64,000 bases of DNA, taken from IMG/VR virus record IMGVR_UViG_3300015608_000687; one strand, given 5' to 3'. The notes under the pieces were generated by a model. That model was not told the DNA's origin. It worked only from the letters and a program-made list of their open reading frames with translations, and ran no database searches. The position numbers and the translations under genes were made by a program. Origin of the DNA: an uncultured virus (IMG/VR IMGVR_UViG_3300015608_000687) (lineage: Duplodnaviria; Heunggongvirae; Uroviricota; Caudoviricetes; Crassvirales). This document shows, in pieces, positions 36,421 through 47,800 of this stretch. Positions within the stretch are counted from its first letter, which is position 1, and each line of letters begins with the position of its first letter.

Positions 36421-37176
36421 ATGACGGGATTTAAAAGGCTATTTTTTGACATTGAAACTTCTCCTAACATAGTATTCTCTTGGAATATAGGAAGAGATAT
36501 TAGCATTGATTATGAGAATATCTTAAATGAGAGAGCTATAATTTGTATTTGTTACAAATGGGAGAATGACAAAAAAATTCATCATCTTACTTGGAATAAA
36601 GGAGATGATAAAAAAATGATTCAAGAGTTTGCCAGAATCATAGATTCAGCAGACGAAGTAATAGGTCATAACAGTGATCGTTTTGATGTAAAATGGGTTA
36701 GAACAAGAGCTTTGTTTCATAAGATACCATTTACACACGAAATTCAAAGTATAGATACTTTAAAAGCCGCTAGAGGAAAATTCAAATTTAACTCTAACAG
36801 ATTAGATTATATAGCTAAGTTTTTAGGTTTAGACGGTAAAATAAAGACTGAATACAGTCTTTGGAAAAACATTGTTTTACATAATGATAAAGCATCTATG
36901 GATAAGATGGTTCGTTATTGTAAAAAAGATGTTGAACAACTTGAAAGAATTTATCATGCTTTAAGTCCGTATTTGCCTCATAAGACACACAGAGGCGTTT
37001 TTGAAGGTTATGATTCTTGCAGTTGTCCTGAGTGTAGTAGCCAAAAAACAGTGTCTGTAAAGAAAAGAATTAGTGCTGCAGGAGTTGTTAAAAGACAACT
37101 TGTGTGCAGAGATTGCGGAAGATACTTTTCAGTATCAGAAGCACAATACCAAAAGAACAGAATAGAAAACATATAA
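36421..37176 (+). CDS. DnaQ-like (RNase H-fold) 3'-5' exonuclease with Zn ribbon
   Basis: FDIET, GHNSDRFD, YCKKDV; CPEC...CRDC. Confidence 0.85.
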   Translation: MTGFKRLFFDIETSPNIVFSWNIGRDISIDYENILNERAIICICYKWENDKKIHHLTWNKGDDKKMIQEFARIIDSADEVIGHNSDRFDVKWVRTRALFHKIPFTHEIQSIDTLKAARGKFKFNSNRLDYIAKFLGLDGKIKTEYSLWKNIVLHNDKASMDKMVRYCKKDVEQLERIYHALSPYLPHKTHRGVFEGYDSCSCPECSSQKTVSVKKRISAAGVVKRQLVCRDCGRYFSVSEAQYQKNRIENI

Positions 37177-37179
37177 AAC

Positions 37180-37875
37180 ATGGGAACATCGCTCAACTCT
37201 TTTGTATATGATGTATTAAGTACTATAGAGGGAGCATCCCGTCTTAGCGATGATATTGAAATCAGTAATGAACAGATTGAATATCTAGCTTGCAACAATA
37301 GAGCCTTTTTAATCCGTCAAGACCAAAACAAGGGAAGGAGCCTTTCTGATAATGTCATTCAGGTTCTTTCCTGCGTTGAGGTCATAGAAGTTGATGCTTC
37401 AGAATGTTGTGATATTCAGACGGAATGCCACATTTTAAGAACTAAAAACAGAATTCCAAGACCAATAGAATTACACCAGAAAGACCTTATTGTAAGGGTT
37501 GCTGGTATAGATATGCTTGGTAAAGGTTGGTCAATAGTACCATATGCAAGAGCTATCAGGTCTGGAATAAGCAAACACACAAAGAATACTACAAGAGCAT
37601 TTTTTCATAATGGTTATGTTTACATAATCAATGCTCCTGTTGGAATAAAAAAGATAAGTATATCACTTGTAGCAGAAGACCCAAGAGAAGCTGGTCAATT
37701 TGCCAATTGTTCTGGAAATCCTTGCTACACTAATGATGACTCTTTCCCGATAAGTAATCACATGCTGCCTTTATTGAAAGATTTGGTTCTAAAAGACCTT
37801 AAAATAATGGTTTCTGTACCTTCTGACCAAAGGGGAAATGAATCTCAAAAAACGCAGCCACAAACTGAAAATTAA
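37180..37875 (+). CDS. tail ring protein, crAss-like
   Basis: Synteny; VDASECC, AEDP, FPIS motifs. Confidence 0.65.
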   Translation: MGTSLNSFVYDVLSTIEGASRLSDDIEISNEQIEYLACNNRAFLIRQDQNKGRSLSDNVIQVLSCVEVIEVDASECCDIQTECHILRTKNRIPRPIELHQKDLIVRVAGIDMLGKGWSIVPYARAIRSGISKHTKNTTRAFFHNGYVYIINAPVGIKKISISLVAEDPREAGQFANCSGNPCYTNDDSFPISNHMLPLLKDLVLKDLKIMVSVPSDQRGNESQKTQPQTEN

Positions 37876-38375
37876 TGGCTGATGACAGATACAGGATTGA
37901 TATAGGAATTGATGATTATTATAAGCATTATCTAAAGCTTGCCAAACATCAACAAGACCTTTTTTCTTCAAAATTTGTTAATCCTCAAAGACTTATAGTT
38001 GATTCTAAGACATATAAGACAATTCTTAAAGACGCTTTAAAACTGCTGTCTGAAAAAATTCTCCAAGGAGAAATAATAGAACTTCCTCATTCTATGGGAA
38101 AGTTTCTGATTACAAAAAAGAAAATTAATTTTGATACTTTTACCCGGACTAATAATCTGGAGATTGATTGGCCTACTTTTAAGAAAACTGGTATAAAAAC
38201 ATATCATATGAATGAGCATTCAGATTATTGCCGTTTTAAATGGGTATGGAGTTATAACAGAAAAGCTTTGACTGGTAAGAACTTATATCGTTTTATTGCT
38301 TGTAGAAAAAATAAAAGAACTTTAGCCGCCAAGATAAAATCCGGGTTTGTAAATTATTTTGAAGAAATAAAATGA
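37875..38375 (+). CDS. IHF-like protein of the crAss-like tail module
   Basis: ILQGEIIELPHSMGKFLI ... IDWPTF ... YHMNEHS. Confidence 0.65.
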   Translation: MADDRYRIDIGIDDYYKHYLKLAKHQQDLFSSKFVNPQRLIVDSKTYKTILKDALKLLSEKILQGEIIELPHSMGKFLITKKKINFDTFTRTNNLEIDWPTFKKTGIKTYHMNEHSDYCRFKWVWSYNRKALTGKNLYRFIACRKNKRTLAAKIKSGFVNYFEEIK

Positions 38376-39184
38376 TAGTTTATAAACTTACATCAAGCAA
38401 AGAATGTGTAGAACAATTTTATAGTAATACAGGTCTTCAAACAGAATTAACTGATGACGATATAAGACTCTGGACTGCTGAAATTGTTGAATTAATAGGT
38501 TATCCCTTACAATATATACCTAAAGTAATAGGTCATAAGCAGGATAGTAGGTATGAATTTGATAATTATAGTGTACCTCTTCCTTGCGATTTTCATAAAT
38601 TAATACCCGGAGGTATTTCTGTAAATGGAAATCAAGTTAGATTTTCTCAAGCATCTTTTCATTATTTAATGAGTGGTGATTGTTGTGATTTAGATACAAT
38701 AAACAACAGCACTATGGATGTATTCATTGACCAATTTGGTAATGAATTTTCACCACAAGCTTCTACTTCAGGTACAGTACATCCAGCATATCAGGATGTT
38801 ACATTTCAAATACACGACGGCAGAATTGTTTTTAATGTAAAACAAGGAAGAGTTTGTTTAGCCTATTGGTCTCAGCCTTTTGATAATGAAGGTTATGTAA
38901 TGATACCAGACACAGCTAAATATAAAAGAGCTGTAACAGACTATCTTATTTGGAAGAACGATTATATACTCTGGAGACAAGGTAGTTTATCTGATAAAGT
39001 ATATGCTGAAAGCAGAGAAAACAAAGACTGGTCTATTTCTTCAGCTTCAATGGAAATGAAAGTTCCTGATGTTGAACAAATGGAAGTAATTAAAAATGGT
39101 GTTACAAGATTATTACCGATGGTTAATGAATATAATAAATTCTTTAAATCTTTTGGTACTAATGAAACAAGAAGATTCAGATAA
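38372..39184 (+). CDS. tail tubular/ring protein
   Basis: LPCDF, DNEGYVMIPD; directly precedes the muzzle gene. Confidence 0.7.
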   Translation: MIVYKLTSSKECVEQFYSNTGLQTELTDDDIRLWTAEIVELIGYPLQYIPKVIGHKQDSRYEFDNYSVPLPCDFHKLIPGGISVNGNQVRFSQASFHYLMSGDCCDLDTINNSTMDVFIDQFGNEFSPQASTSGTVHPAYQDVTFQIHDGRIVFNVKQGRVCLAYWSQPFDNEGYVMIPDTAKYKRAVTDYLIWKNDYILWRQGSLSDKVYAESRENKDWSISSASMEMKVPDVEQMEVIKNGVTRLLPMVNEYNKFFKSFGTNETRRFR

Positions 39185-42100
39185 TGGAACATATCAATTT
39201 ATTTAATAAAGGTATGAACAAGGATTTAAGTAAAGTCCTTGTTCAACCAGATACATATCTACATGCTGAAAATCTTTCTCTTGTAACTGAGCTTGGTTTG
39301 AGTTCAGGAATATTAAGAAATATAAAAGGAAATAAACTGTTATTTGATATACCCTCTTGTTCAAATGTTTCTTCTATAACAAAAGGAGGTAATGGAACAG
39401 GTACGGTAACTGTATTTCTTGGTATAACTTTTACTGTCAATTTCGCAAGTAATGACTGGGCTAGGATATTAGCTAATGCTATAAACTCAGATGCTGTATT
39501 AATAGCTTCAGGATTTAAAGCTGCTTATACAAGTACCAGAGTCGTTGTTTGGGGAACATTAAGTCAGAGCAATACTTTGCTACAATCCAACATCGCTTTA
39601 GTTGGAACAGGTGATGCAATCATTGATAATAACTATTCTCCTTTTGTAACTTCTCCTAAGTTAATTGGTTGGGGAGTAATAAGAGATACGATTATATTAT
39701 TTACCACAGAAGAGACTTCTGCAGCACCTACAAACTCACAAGGCCAGATATGGAAATTAGAATATGATAAGATATTCTATGAACCAACATTGACTTTGCT
39801 TTATAATAACACAATCAATTTTTCTGTTGTAAATCCTATTGCTAATCCCGGTAGATTTGTAGGAAACTTTGAAACTCCTGCTGTACAAAAAATTTACTGG
39901 ACAGATAATTACAATCCTCCAAGGACAATAAACATAGCAGACCCTAACACATTTGCTTTAGAACCAAGAATGCTTGATTCTGTTCCAGATAGAATATCTG
40001 GCAATGGTGTTATACAAGAGATTCTACAATCTGGAGGTAATTTACCTGTAGGTACATATCAAGCTGCTTACAGACTTAAAAAGAATAGTGGTGCAAAAAC
40101 AGCATTTTATATTCCAGATAACCCTTTACCTATTACTTTATATAATGATGTTGTAGACGGATTATCTTTAACTCAAGGTGCTGTTATAAATAGTACAACT
40201 ATCAGTAGTAAACAATTAAAATATACATTCTATAATCTTGACACATCATTTCAAAACATTGAGGTTGCTTTAATTTATAGACAAACAGATACTTCAAGTC
40301 CTGATATTAAAGTATTGATTGATGAACCAATTCCTTCAAGCGGTGAATTTACCTGTGTTATATCAGGAAACGAAGCTGTTGTAACACCTTTATCTCTTGA
40401 AGAATTTGTACAAGAATCATTAAACTTTGAAACAGTTAAAACAATAGCAAGTAAGAATAATTATCTGTTTTATGGTAATGTAAAGTATTCTGATTTTGAT
40501 ATAGATTTTGATTCAAGAGTATATAGATTCAATAGTTCTGGAGACACATATGAAACTATAAATACCAGTATTCCTGATACTTGGGGAGTTCCAAAAACAG
40601 CAGATGTTATTAATCCTAATCAGGATTATAATGGAACCAACCCTTATATCTATCAAATAGATGGTACTACAATAGGAGGAAGTGGTCCTAGAATATCCTA
40701 TAAATTTGTAGAACCCGATTTAACTTCTCAGTATAAAATCTTATTGGATAATACTGTTGATGCAAACAATGTTACAGCAGGACCAACTCATTATAATACT
40801 GCCAGACAAAGTAGTGTTATTGATTTAGGTAATGATACAGAAGCTTATAATAACAGACCTGTAGTAAGTACTTTCGCTGATTTTAGAAGTCCTTATATAC
40901 AAGCTGCGTTAAAAGGTTATTTAAGAGATGAGGTATATTCTTTTGGTATAGTATTTTATTCTAAAAAAGGAGAGCCTTCTTATGTTCACTGGATTGGAGA
41001 TATAAGAATTCCTCACACATATGTTCAATACAACCTACTTTATCCCACTACTTTAAGGGATGGTAGAGACCTATATGGTTTTCCTATGGGTATTGAATTT
41101 ACAGTTGATACTACGGGATTTGAAGATTTGATAGATGGATATTCCATAGTAAGATGCGAACGTACTACAAATGATAAAACTATTTTAGGTCAAGGACTAA
41201 TGTTGAATGCAGTATTTGGTCCTAATAATGTAACATATCTTTTATCAGATGGTATGAATATAAATATTTCTGATTATGATATTCATCCTTTTATTGGTAG
41301 TTTCTATTCTCCTGACTTTAGTTTTTTAAACCTTCCATCATTCAGAAGCAACGATTCTTTGAATTTTGTGGGTTTGCTTGGTGCAAATCAAGCAATGGTA
41401 AAAAGAGATAGTAATAGTAATATAGCTGCTGGAAACATTACTGATGCTCTTTTATATACAAAAGTTCTTAAAAACTATGAATTTATAGCAACAGCGAGTC
41501 CTGTTACAGCACAACAAATAAACTATACTTTAAGTACCACTTTGGGAGTAGATGGTGCTACAGCAAGAGGAACCAATGCTGCTTTTAGATTTATGCCCGG
41601 AAACATAGATGTTTCTCCAACATCTTATGAAAATAGTTCAAGCCTTAGAAACAGAAGTATGAATAACAAACTTTTGGCATTTCAGGCATTTGCTCCATTT
41701 TTTCAATTTTCAAACGCTAACGCTGGTTGGGCTATTACTGATGAAGTAGAGAATGGAGATAATACTTTACAGACAAATAATAAATACAGAGCTTACTTGA
41801 TGAATTACAAAAGAGTGAATACTGACCAATATGGAGGTAACACTTATTCAGCAAGAAGCTTAAGAGAATATATATCTACAGGTCATATAAGAAGAATAAA
41901 CAATTCTCTAATAAATACTGATATGGTATTTGGAGGAGACACCTATGTTTGTTTATATGATACTGTAACACATTTTCCGAACAGATGGGATTACAATTTT
42001 CAATCTTCTATTGGTTCTTCAATAGTAATAGATTATGCAATTTGGGATGATATAAGTAATGCTCCTAATCCTTTTGGAGATTTCACAGACTGGGGATATT

Positions 42101-43713
42101 GGCAGTCTAGAATTATTCCTGTAGAAACTTCTATAAACATAAACTGGAGAAGAAATCCTAATATATCAGTTCCTAATATGGATACTTTATACGGAGGTTA
42201 TCCCGGAGGTACTTCTACTACAGGAGGTACTTTAAGATTGGATACATATGAAGATTTCTCTTTAGAAACCGGATATTTCCTAGAAAATAACATCGTTAAA
42301 TTTGTTCCTGAAGCAATTGGTTTACCTGTAAATAACAAATTCGATGTTAGAATATTAAGGTCTTCAGCTAAAATAAATGGAGAACTTACTGATTCTTGGG
42401 GAATATTTAAAGAAGATGATTATATTGATGTAGATACAGCTCAGGGAGAATTGAATAATCTTATTGTCCACCAAGACAGATTATTATCCTTTCAAGACAG
42501 AGGTATTTCAGTTGTAGCTGTAAATGACAGAGCTTTAACTCAGGATACTACAGGTAATCAGATTACTTTGGGTACGAGTGCTGTATTATCCAGATATGAT
42601 TATATCTCAAAAGAAATAGGTTCGAGACATCAATTTGGTTTTACTCAAAGTCACGATGCTGTATTTTTCTTTGATATAAATACAAAAAACATATATAAGT
42701 TATCAGGTAATAGTCCTTTAGCAATAACCGCAGCTAAAGGAACTCAATCGTATGTTAGTAATAATTTAAATGGTTTAATTCAAACAAACGATAATCCTTA
42801 CTTAATAAGAGGAGTTACAGCTACTTATGATTTTAGGTATAACGAAGCTATTTTTACTTTTAAAGATACTATCGGAGAATTAGAATCTAAATTTATTTAT
42901 GTTGGTACTAACGGTTCTGGTGATTATTATTTTAATAATAGGAATGGTTTACCTGTTTGGGCCGTCAATAACCAAGAAGTATTAATTAGTTATACAAACG
43001 GTTTTGGACAAATACTTAATGAAATAGGTGTTATAACTGTTTCAGGAGGTAATCAGATAACTGTGTCTATTCAAGATTCTAGTTTAAATCTGTTTCCAAT
43101 AGATTCTTCTTTAACTATTTCAGAGTTAGTAGAAAAGTCATTTACTTTAGCATATAACGATTTCATAGATGGATTTACAAGTTTCTATAGTTTCACACCT
43201 TCTGTTTATGTAAACGATAAAAGAAACATATTTAGCCCAAGTGAGACAAGAAATGACCTTTGGATACACGATAAGTTTGATTACTGCAATTTCTATGGTG
43301 TAGTTTATCCTAGTAAATTAAGTCTTATAGTAAATCCTTACCCAACTGAAACCAAAGTATTTGATAATTATGAATTAACTAGCGAATCTGTAAATGTTCT
43401 TAATCAAAATGTTCCAGATGATACGATTAATACAATCAGAGTTTACGATGATTATCAAAATTCTGATTTTAGAGATATGTCAGATGTATCAAAAAGAAAA
43501 GAAAGAACTTGGAACATATCTTTATTAAGAAACAGAGTTCTTTATACAACTAATCCTACTGATATATTTACAGATTTATCTCCGACAGATATTTCATTTG
43601 CTGAAAGAATGCGTGATAAATATCTTGTTGTAGATATGATTTATGACAATACAGATAATAACAGATTACAATTACATACGTTTAAAACACATTATAGAAA
43701 GTCTGCAAGATGA
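39184..43713 (+). CDS. tail stabilisation (muzzle) protein
   Basis: FNKGMNKD, IYWTD..NPPR.IN, YSFGIVFY, QYGGNTY, FGGDTYV, KVFDN motifs. Confidence 0.85.
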   Translation: MEHINLFNKGMNKDLSKVLVQPDTYLHAENLSLVTELGLSSGILRNIKGNKLLFDIPSCSNVSSITKGGNGTGTVTVFLGITFTVNFASNDWARILANAINSDAVLIASGFKAAYTSTRVVVWGTLSQSNTLLQSNIALVGTGDAIIDNNYSPFVTSPKLIGWGVIRDTIILFTTEETSAAPTNSQGQIWKLEYDKIFYEPTLTLLYNNTINFSVVNPIANPGRFVGNFETPAVQKIYWTDNYNPPRTINIADPNTFALEPRMLDSVPDRISGNGVIQEILQSGGNLPVGTYQAAYRLKKNSGAKTAFYIPDNPLPITLYNDVVDGLSLTQGAVINSTTISSKQLKYTFYNLDTSFQNIEVALIYRQTDTSSPDIKVLIDEPIPSSGEFTCVISGNEAVVTPLSLEEFVQESLNFETVKTIASKNNYLFYGNVKYSDFDIDFDSRVYRFNSSGDTYETINTSIPDTWGVPKTADVINPNQDYNGTNPYIYQIDGTTIGGSGPRISYKFVEPDLTSQYKILLDNTVDANNVTAGPTHYNTARQSSVIDLGNDTEAYNNRPVVSTFADFRSPYIQAALKGYLRDEVYSFGIVFYSKKGEPSYVHWIGDIRIPHTYVQYNLLYPTTLRDGRDLYGFPMGIEFTVDTTGFEDLIDGYSIVRCERTTNDKTILGQGLMLNAVFGPNNVTYLLSDGMNINISDYDIHPFIGSFYSPDFSFLNLPSFRSNDSLNFVGLLGANQAMVKRDSNSNIAAGNITDALLYTKVLKNYEFIATASPVTAQQINYTLSTTLGVDGATARGTNAAFRFMPGNIDVSPTSYENSSSLRNRSMNNKLLAFQAFAPFFQFSNANAGWAITDEVENGDNTLQTNNKYRAYLMNYKRVNTDQYGGNTYSARSLREYISTGHIRRINNSLINTDMVFGGDTYVCLYDTVTHFPNRWDYNFQSSIGSSIVIDYAIWDDISNAPNPFGDFTDWGYWQSRIIPVETSININWRRNPNISVPNMDTLYGGYPGGTSTTGGTLRLDTYEDFSLETGYFLENNIVKFVPEAIGLPVNNKFDVRILRSSAKINGELTDSWGIFKEDDYIDVDTAQGELNNLIVHQDRLLSFQDRGISVVAVNDRALTQDTTGNQITLGTSAVLSRYDYISKEIGSRHQFGFTQSHDAVFFFDINTKNIYKLSGNSPLAITAAKGTQSYVSNNLNGLIQTNDNPYLIRGVTATYDFRYNEAIFTFKDTIGELESKFIYVGTNGSGDYYFNNRNGLPVWAVNNQEVLISYTNGFGQILNEIGVITVSGGNQITVSIQDSSLNLFPIDSSLTISELVEKSFTLAYNDFIDGFTSFYSFTPSVYVNDKRNIFSPSETRNDLWIHDKFDYCNFYGVVYPSKLSLIVNPYPTETKVFDNYELTSESVNVLNQNVPDDTINTIRVYDDYQNSDFRDMSDVSKRKERTWNISLLRNRVLYTTNPTDIFTDLSPTDISFAERMRDKYLVVDMIYDNTDNNRLQLHTFKTHYRKSAR

Positions 43714-44531
43714 GAATAAAAAATAAACCAGCTTTCTTTAGGGATTTGATATTAGCTATAATCATAGCTATTATCGCTTTATTGGCTTTTGGAAGTAAAT
43801 TAGAAGCTTCTTGTCCAAGACCTGTTATAGATACTATTCAGGGTGGTAGATGTAAATTCATAGCTTTAAATCCAGTACCTGTTGCTGGAGATATAGTAAA
43901 TGCTTGTTTCTTATTTAAGCCCGAAACTCCTGCTATAAACATGCAATATCTGCTTGTACAAAGCACTTCTTGCGGACCTAATGTATATACCGTATTGAGA
44001 TTTTGGATTTATTCTGGAACAAATTGTGATACGTTATATCAAAATGGTCAGATATATCCTACTTTTTCAAATACTTTTGTACAAGGTCTTGATACCAGTA
44101 GATATTACAGTTTGTGTCTGCAATGGAGAGCTTCTTGTCAACAAGATAGTATTTGTGCCAGATATGTTCCAAGTCCATTACCTGTAGAATTAACTTCTTT
44201 TAGTGTAGAACTTGATGAAACAATTGCTAATTTAAGTTGGACAACAGCTAGTGAAATTAATAATGATTACTTTGAATTAGAAAAAGCCGATTCAAGTTTT
44301 GAATTTAAACATTTAACTAAAATAGCAGGTAATGGAAATAGCACAAGACCAATACTCTATCATTATTTAGATAAGAATCCTTATAAAAGAATTAATTATT
44401 ACAAATTAAAACAATATGATTACGACGGGTCTGTTACTGTATATGACCCAATAGTAGTATATTTTGACCCAAAATACACTACATTTAATCCTTTTATTAT
44501 ATATAACCTTTTAGGTCAAAAAATTAAATGA
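43710..44531 (+). CDS. secreted Bacteroidota-type protein with 'PLPVEL' Ig-like domain and truncated T9SS-like tail
   Basis: Signal peptide; PLPVELTSF..LSWTTASE.NNDYF..YYKLKQ.D.DG; ends IYNLLGQKIK. Confidence 0.75.
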   Translation: MRIKNKPAFFRDLILAIIIAIIALLAFGSKLEASCPRPVIDTIQGGRCKFIALNPVPVAGDIVNACFLFKPETPAINMQYLLVQSTSCGPNVYTVLRFWIYSGTNCDTLYQNGQIYPTFSNTFVQGLDTSRYYSLCLQWRASCQQDSICARYVPSPLPVELTSFSVELDETIANLSWTTASEINNDYFELEKADSSFEFKHLTKIAGNGNSTRPILYHYLDKNPYKRINYYKLKQYDYDGSVTVYDPIVVYFDPKYTTFNPFIIYNLLGQKIK

Positions 44532-44653
44532 GAAAAGAAAATATCAAGAAGGTAGAAAATCAAAATGTGTTCGACCAATTGGCGGAATCTGTTACTAGTT
44601 ATTATCCTAGGTATAATTTTTATGTTATCTATTAAATCTAAAATACTTAAGTA

Positions 44654-44845
44654 ATGAATTATAATAACTTAATAAATAAGCTGTTTTATTGGTGCGTAAG
44701 TTTTCTTAAAGTTTGGTCTAAAAATTTAGGAATGACTTACGAAGAAATAAATATTTGGTTATTTGTAGTAATTCAACCGTTAATTATAATCCTTTTAATT
44801 TTTTATATTATTTCTATTAAGATTAAATCTCATGCCAAGATATAA
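44654..44845 (+). CDS. small membrane protein
   Basis: GMTYEEINIWLFVVIQP followed by a TM helix. Confidence 0.65.
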   Translation: MNYNNLINKLFYWCVSFLKVWSKNLGMTYEEINIWLFVVIQPLIIILLIFYIISIKIKSHAKI

Positions 44846-47800
44846 AAACCCAGCCCTTACAAACCCTGCTCAAATTAAAAGATTACAAACTAAGTTAAAA
44901 AATTTAGGATTATATTCTGGAAAAATTGATGGTATTTATGGGCCACTTACTGAAAAGAGTCATATTGATTATAATAATCACGCCTCGTTTACAAATATTG
45001 GAAGCACATTCTCAAGTCCAATAGGAACTTCTTTTAGAAAAGTTTCTCAATATTTAGGATTACCTTTAAATGCCAGACAGTTTATAGCCGACCAATTAGG
45101 TTCTGAGAGTACTTTAGATGAAACAGATTTAACTAAAGAAGAATTTAACGCCTTGCAAAATATTGTAAGGAAAAACTTAACGGCTGGTAAAAAAACCATT
45201 AGCTATGAAGATTATGCTACAGGAAGCGATATAGGAGGTACTAAAATGAATACCTCGACATTTTTTAACAAACTTGCAGACCCTTATTGGAATTTAAAAA
45301 CTACTTTAGGACAAGCTTCTATTAATGTTAATAATGGAGATACTACTGTAACTGACCAATATAATTTTAATGACCAAGGAATTGTTACTCCTATCGAAGC
45401 TTTGCAAAGATTTGTAGATAGACCAGACCCATACTCTTTGATGAGGTCTCTGGGAACTATTAGAGGCTCAGGGGTTGGAAGAGGGAGTAAAATAAATATT
45501 AAAACAAATGAGCCTAAACCTACTAAAGTAACTTGGACTCCACCAAGGCATGTTTGGGGTTCTGGAGGAAGGATTGACATAGTAAAAGAATCTACTCCAA
45601 GATTATATCAAGAAGGTGGAGAATCAAGATATGTTCAACCAAAAAACATATTAAATCCAAAAGCTCCTAAACAATATCCTGTATATAAACAACCAAGAGA
45701 CCCGAATGCTTTTTATAGAAATGCATCTCCGGGAAGTATCAATGAAGATTATACAATAGAAAGTTTTCTATTACCTTCCCCTGCTTTAAAAGGAGCTGGT
45801 CAATTATACAAAGGAACAAAAGCTGGTCTCAAAAGATTAGCTAAAGAAGGACTTGAAGATGAAGCAAAACTTGCTTCTGAATATGCTACTAAAGTTCAAA
45901 GCAGAGCCAATATAGCAGCTAAAAGAGATGGTAGATTATTAAACAAACAAAGAGTTTTAGGACAAGCTGATTTTGAAGATTTAACAAATGATGCTAGACA
46001 TTTTTATTCAGAACATGGAATAGAATTACCTCCTGCTGAATTTGATGCAATAAAACATTTGAATCCTCATGTAAACAAAGCTGCTGCAAGACAAGCATTA
46101 AAAGCTGCAGATGCTGGAGATGATGTTTTTGGAGGTTTGCATGGAAAAGCCACATTACGAGATGCCAGAAGAGCTGGTTTATCTGATGATGAAATAAATC
46201 AAATGAGAGCTGGTAGATTAAAACCATATACAAATCCAGCTAGACCTATAGTTGGATTTTATGGAAGCAATAGACATGGAGGAAGAGTATCATATGGGGA
46301 TGGTGGTCGTTCAATTCCTAATCCTGGTTTTGATACTGGAGTGCAAAAGTCTGATGCTACTAATACTGCAGCTCAACAAGCTGTACAAAATACAGTAGCT
46401 GCTAAACAATTTCAAAGTGACTTAAGAAATCATAGAATTACTGAAGAACAGTTTAAATCTAAGCATGGTATTTCTAGAGAGCAGTATAGAAACCGTCCTA
46501 GCAACTTTGATGTAGCTATGAATCAGGTTTGGGAAGGTGCTAAAGAACCTTTTAAATTCATAGGAGCTGACCCAGATTTAATTAGAACTAATCCCGCTGA
46601 GGGTATTCCACAAGCTTTAGCGGGAACTCTTATGTTGGAATTACCTGTAGGTGAAATGTATCAAGCCAGTAAGCAAGGTATTAGCCGTCTTAAAAAAGCT
46701 TTAGGAACAGAATCAGGTTTACTATCTAATACATATAAAGTAAATCCTTGGGCATTTAAACCTAATCCTGAAGCTTATTATAGAGGAATAGGTAAAAAAG
46801 GTATGGAAGATATATTTCAATCAGGAGTTATTAAATCTAAAAAACAACACGCATATCCAGAACCTTATTTTTCAAAAGGTGTGATTGGAGATAAATATGC
46901 AAAAGGATATTTTGCAGAACTTACAGGAGAACCTATGAAAGGAGTAGGAAGTTTTCCAGAAGGAAGTTTAATACAAACTCCAGTAAATACAGTTAATATT
47001 AATAATCCAAATCTTAAATTATATCAAAAAGATTGGCTAAGAGGATATAAAGAAGTTTCTAAACCTAAATCTTCTTTAAAAGCAGTAAGTAAATTAGGAA
47101 GTAAAGATGGGATGTTTCAAGCTGGTAAAGCTGGGTTAAGAGCTGCAGAATCTACTACTGTTAAACCTTTTCTTAATTTTACTAAAGAATCTTTAGATGA
47201 TGCTAAAGGGTTTTTAAAAAGAAGGCAATTTATTAAGCAGCTTCAAAATGAAAGACTAATAGGCAAAGAGTTTAATATTGACGATCTTAATTATGCAGCT
47301 AGAAGTACAGATAAAACAAATAAATTAACACAATTAGCTTTAAATAGAAATGCTACTCGTTATAGAGGAGTACAAGGAGAAGTTCCTGCTGGTGGAATAG
47401 GATATAATCCTGATACAGGAGGCAAATTTAATATGTCAAGACCTGCTTGGGGAAACGAGATATCTGAATTTGAAAATATGGCAAAAGCGGGTGTTGATTT
47501 TAATGATCCTATATCAATTGCTAAATATCAAGCAACACATGTGCCAATGCAGCAATATGGATATAGATCAGGTATCGGAGATTATAAGCATATAGATGCT
47601 TTATATACAAGTTTTTCTCCTACAAATTATGGTAATTATCAAATTAGAATGACTGTTCCAAGGGACTATAGTAAAGGTAATTATCAAGATTGGTTTGATA
47701 GATATTATAACCCAAATAACAATTTACAAAGTATAGGTTTGCAAAAAGGTTATACAAGTCGGGATTTTATACCTGATGTTTCTTATGAGAATCCTATGAC

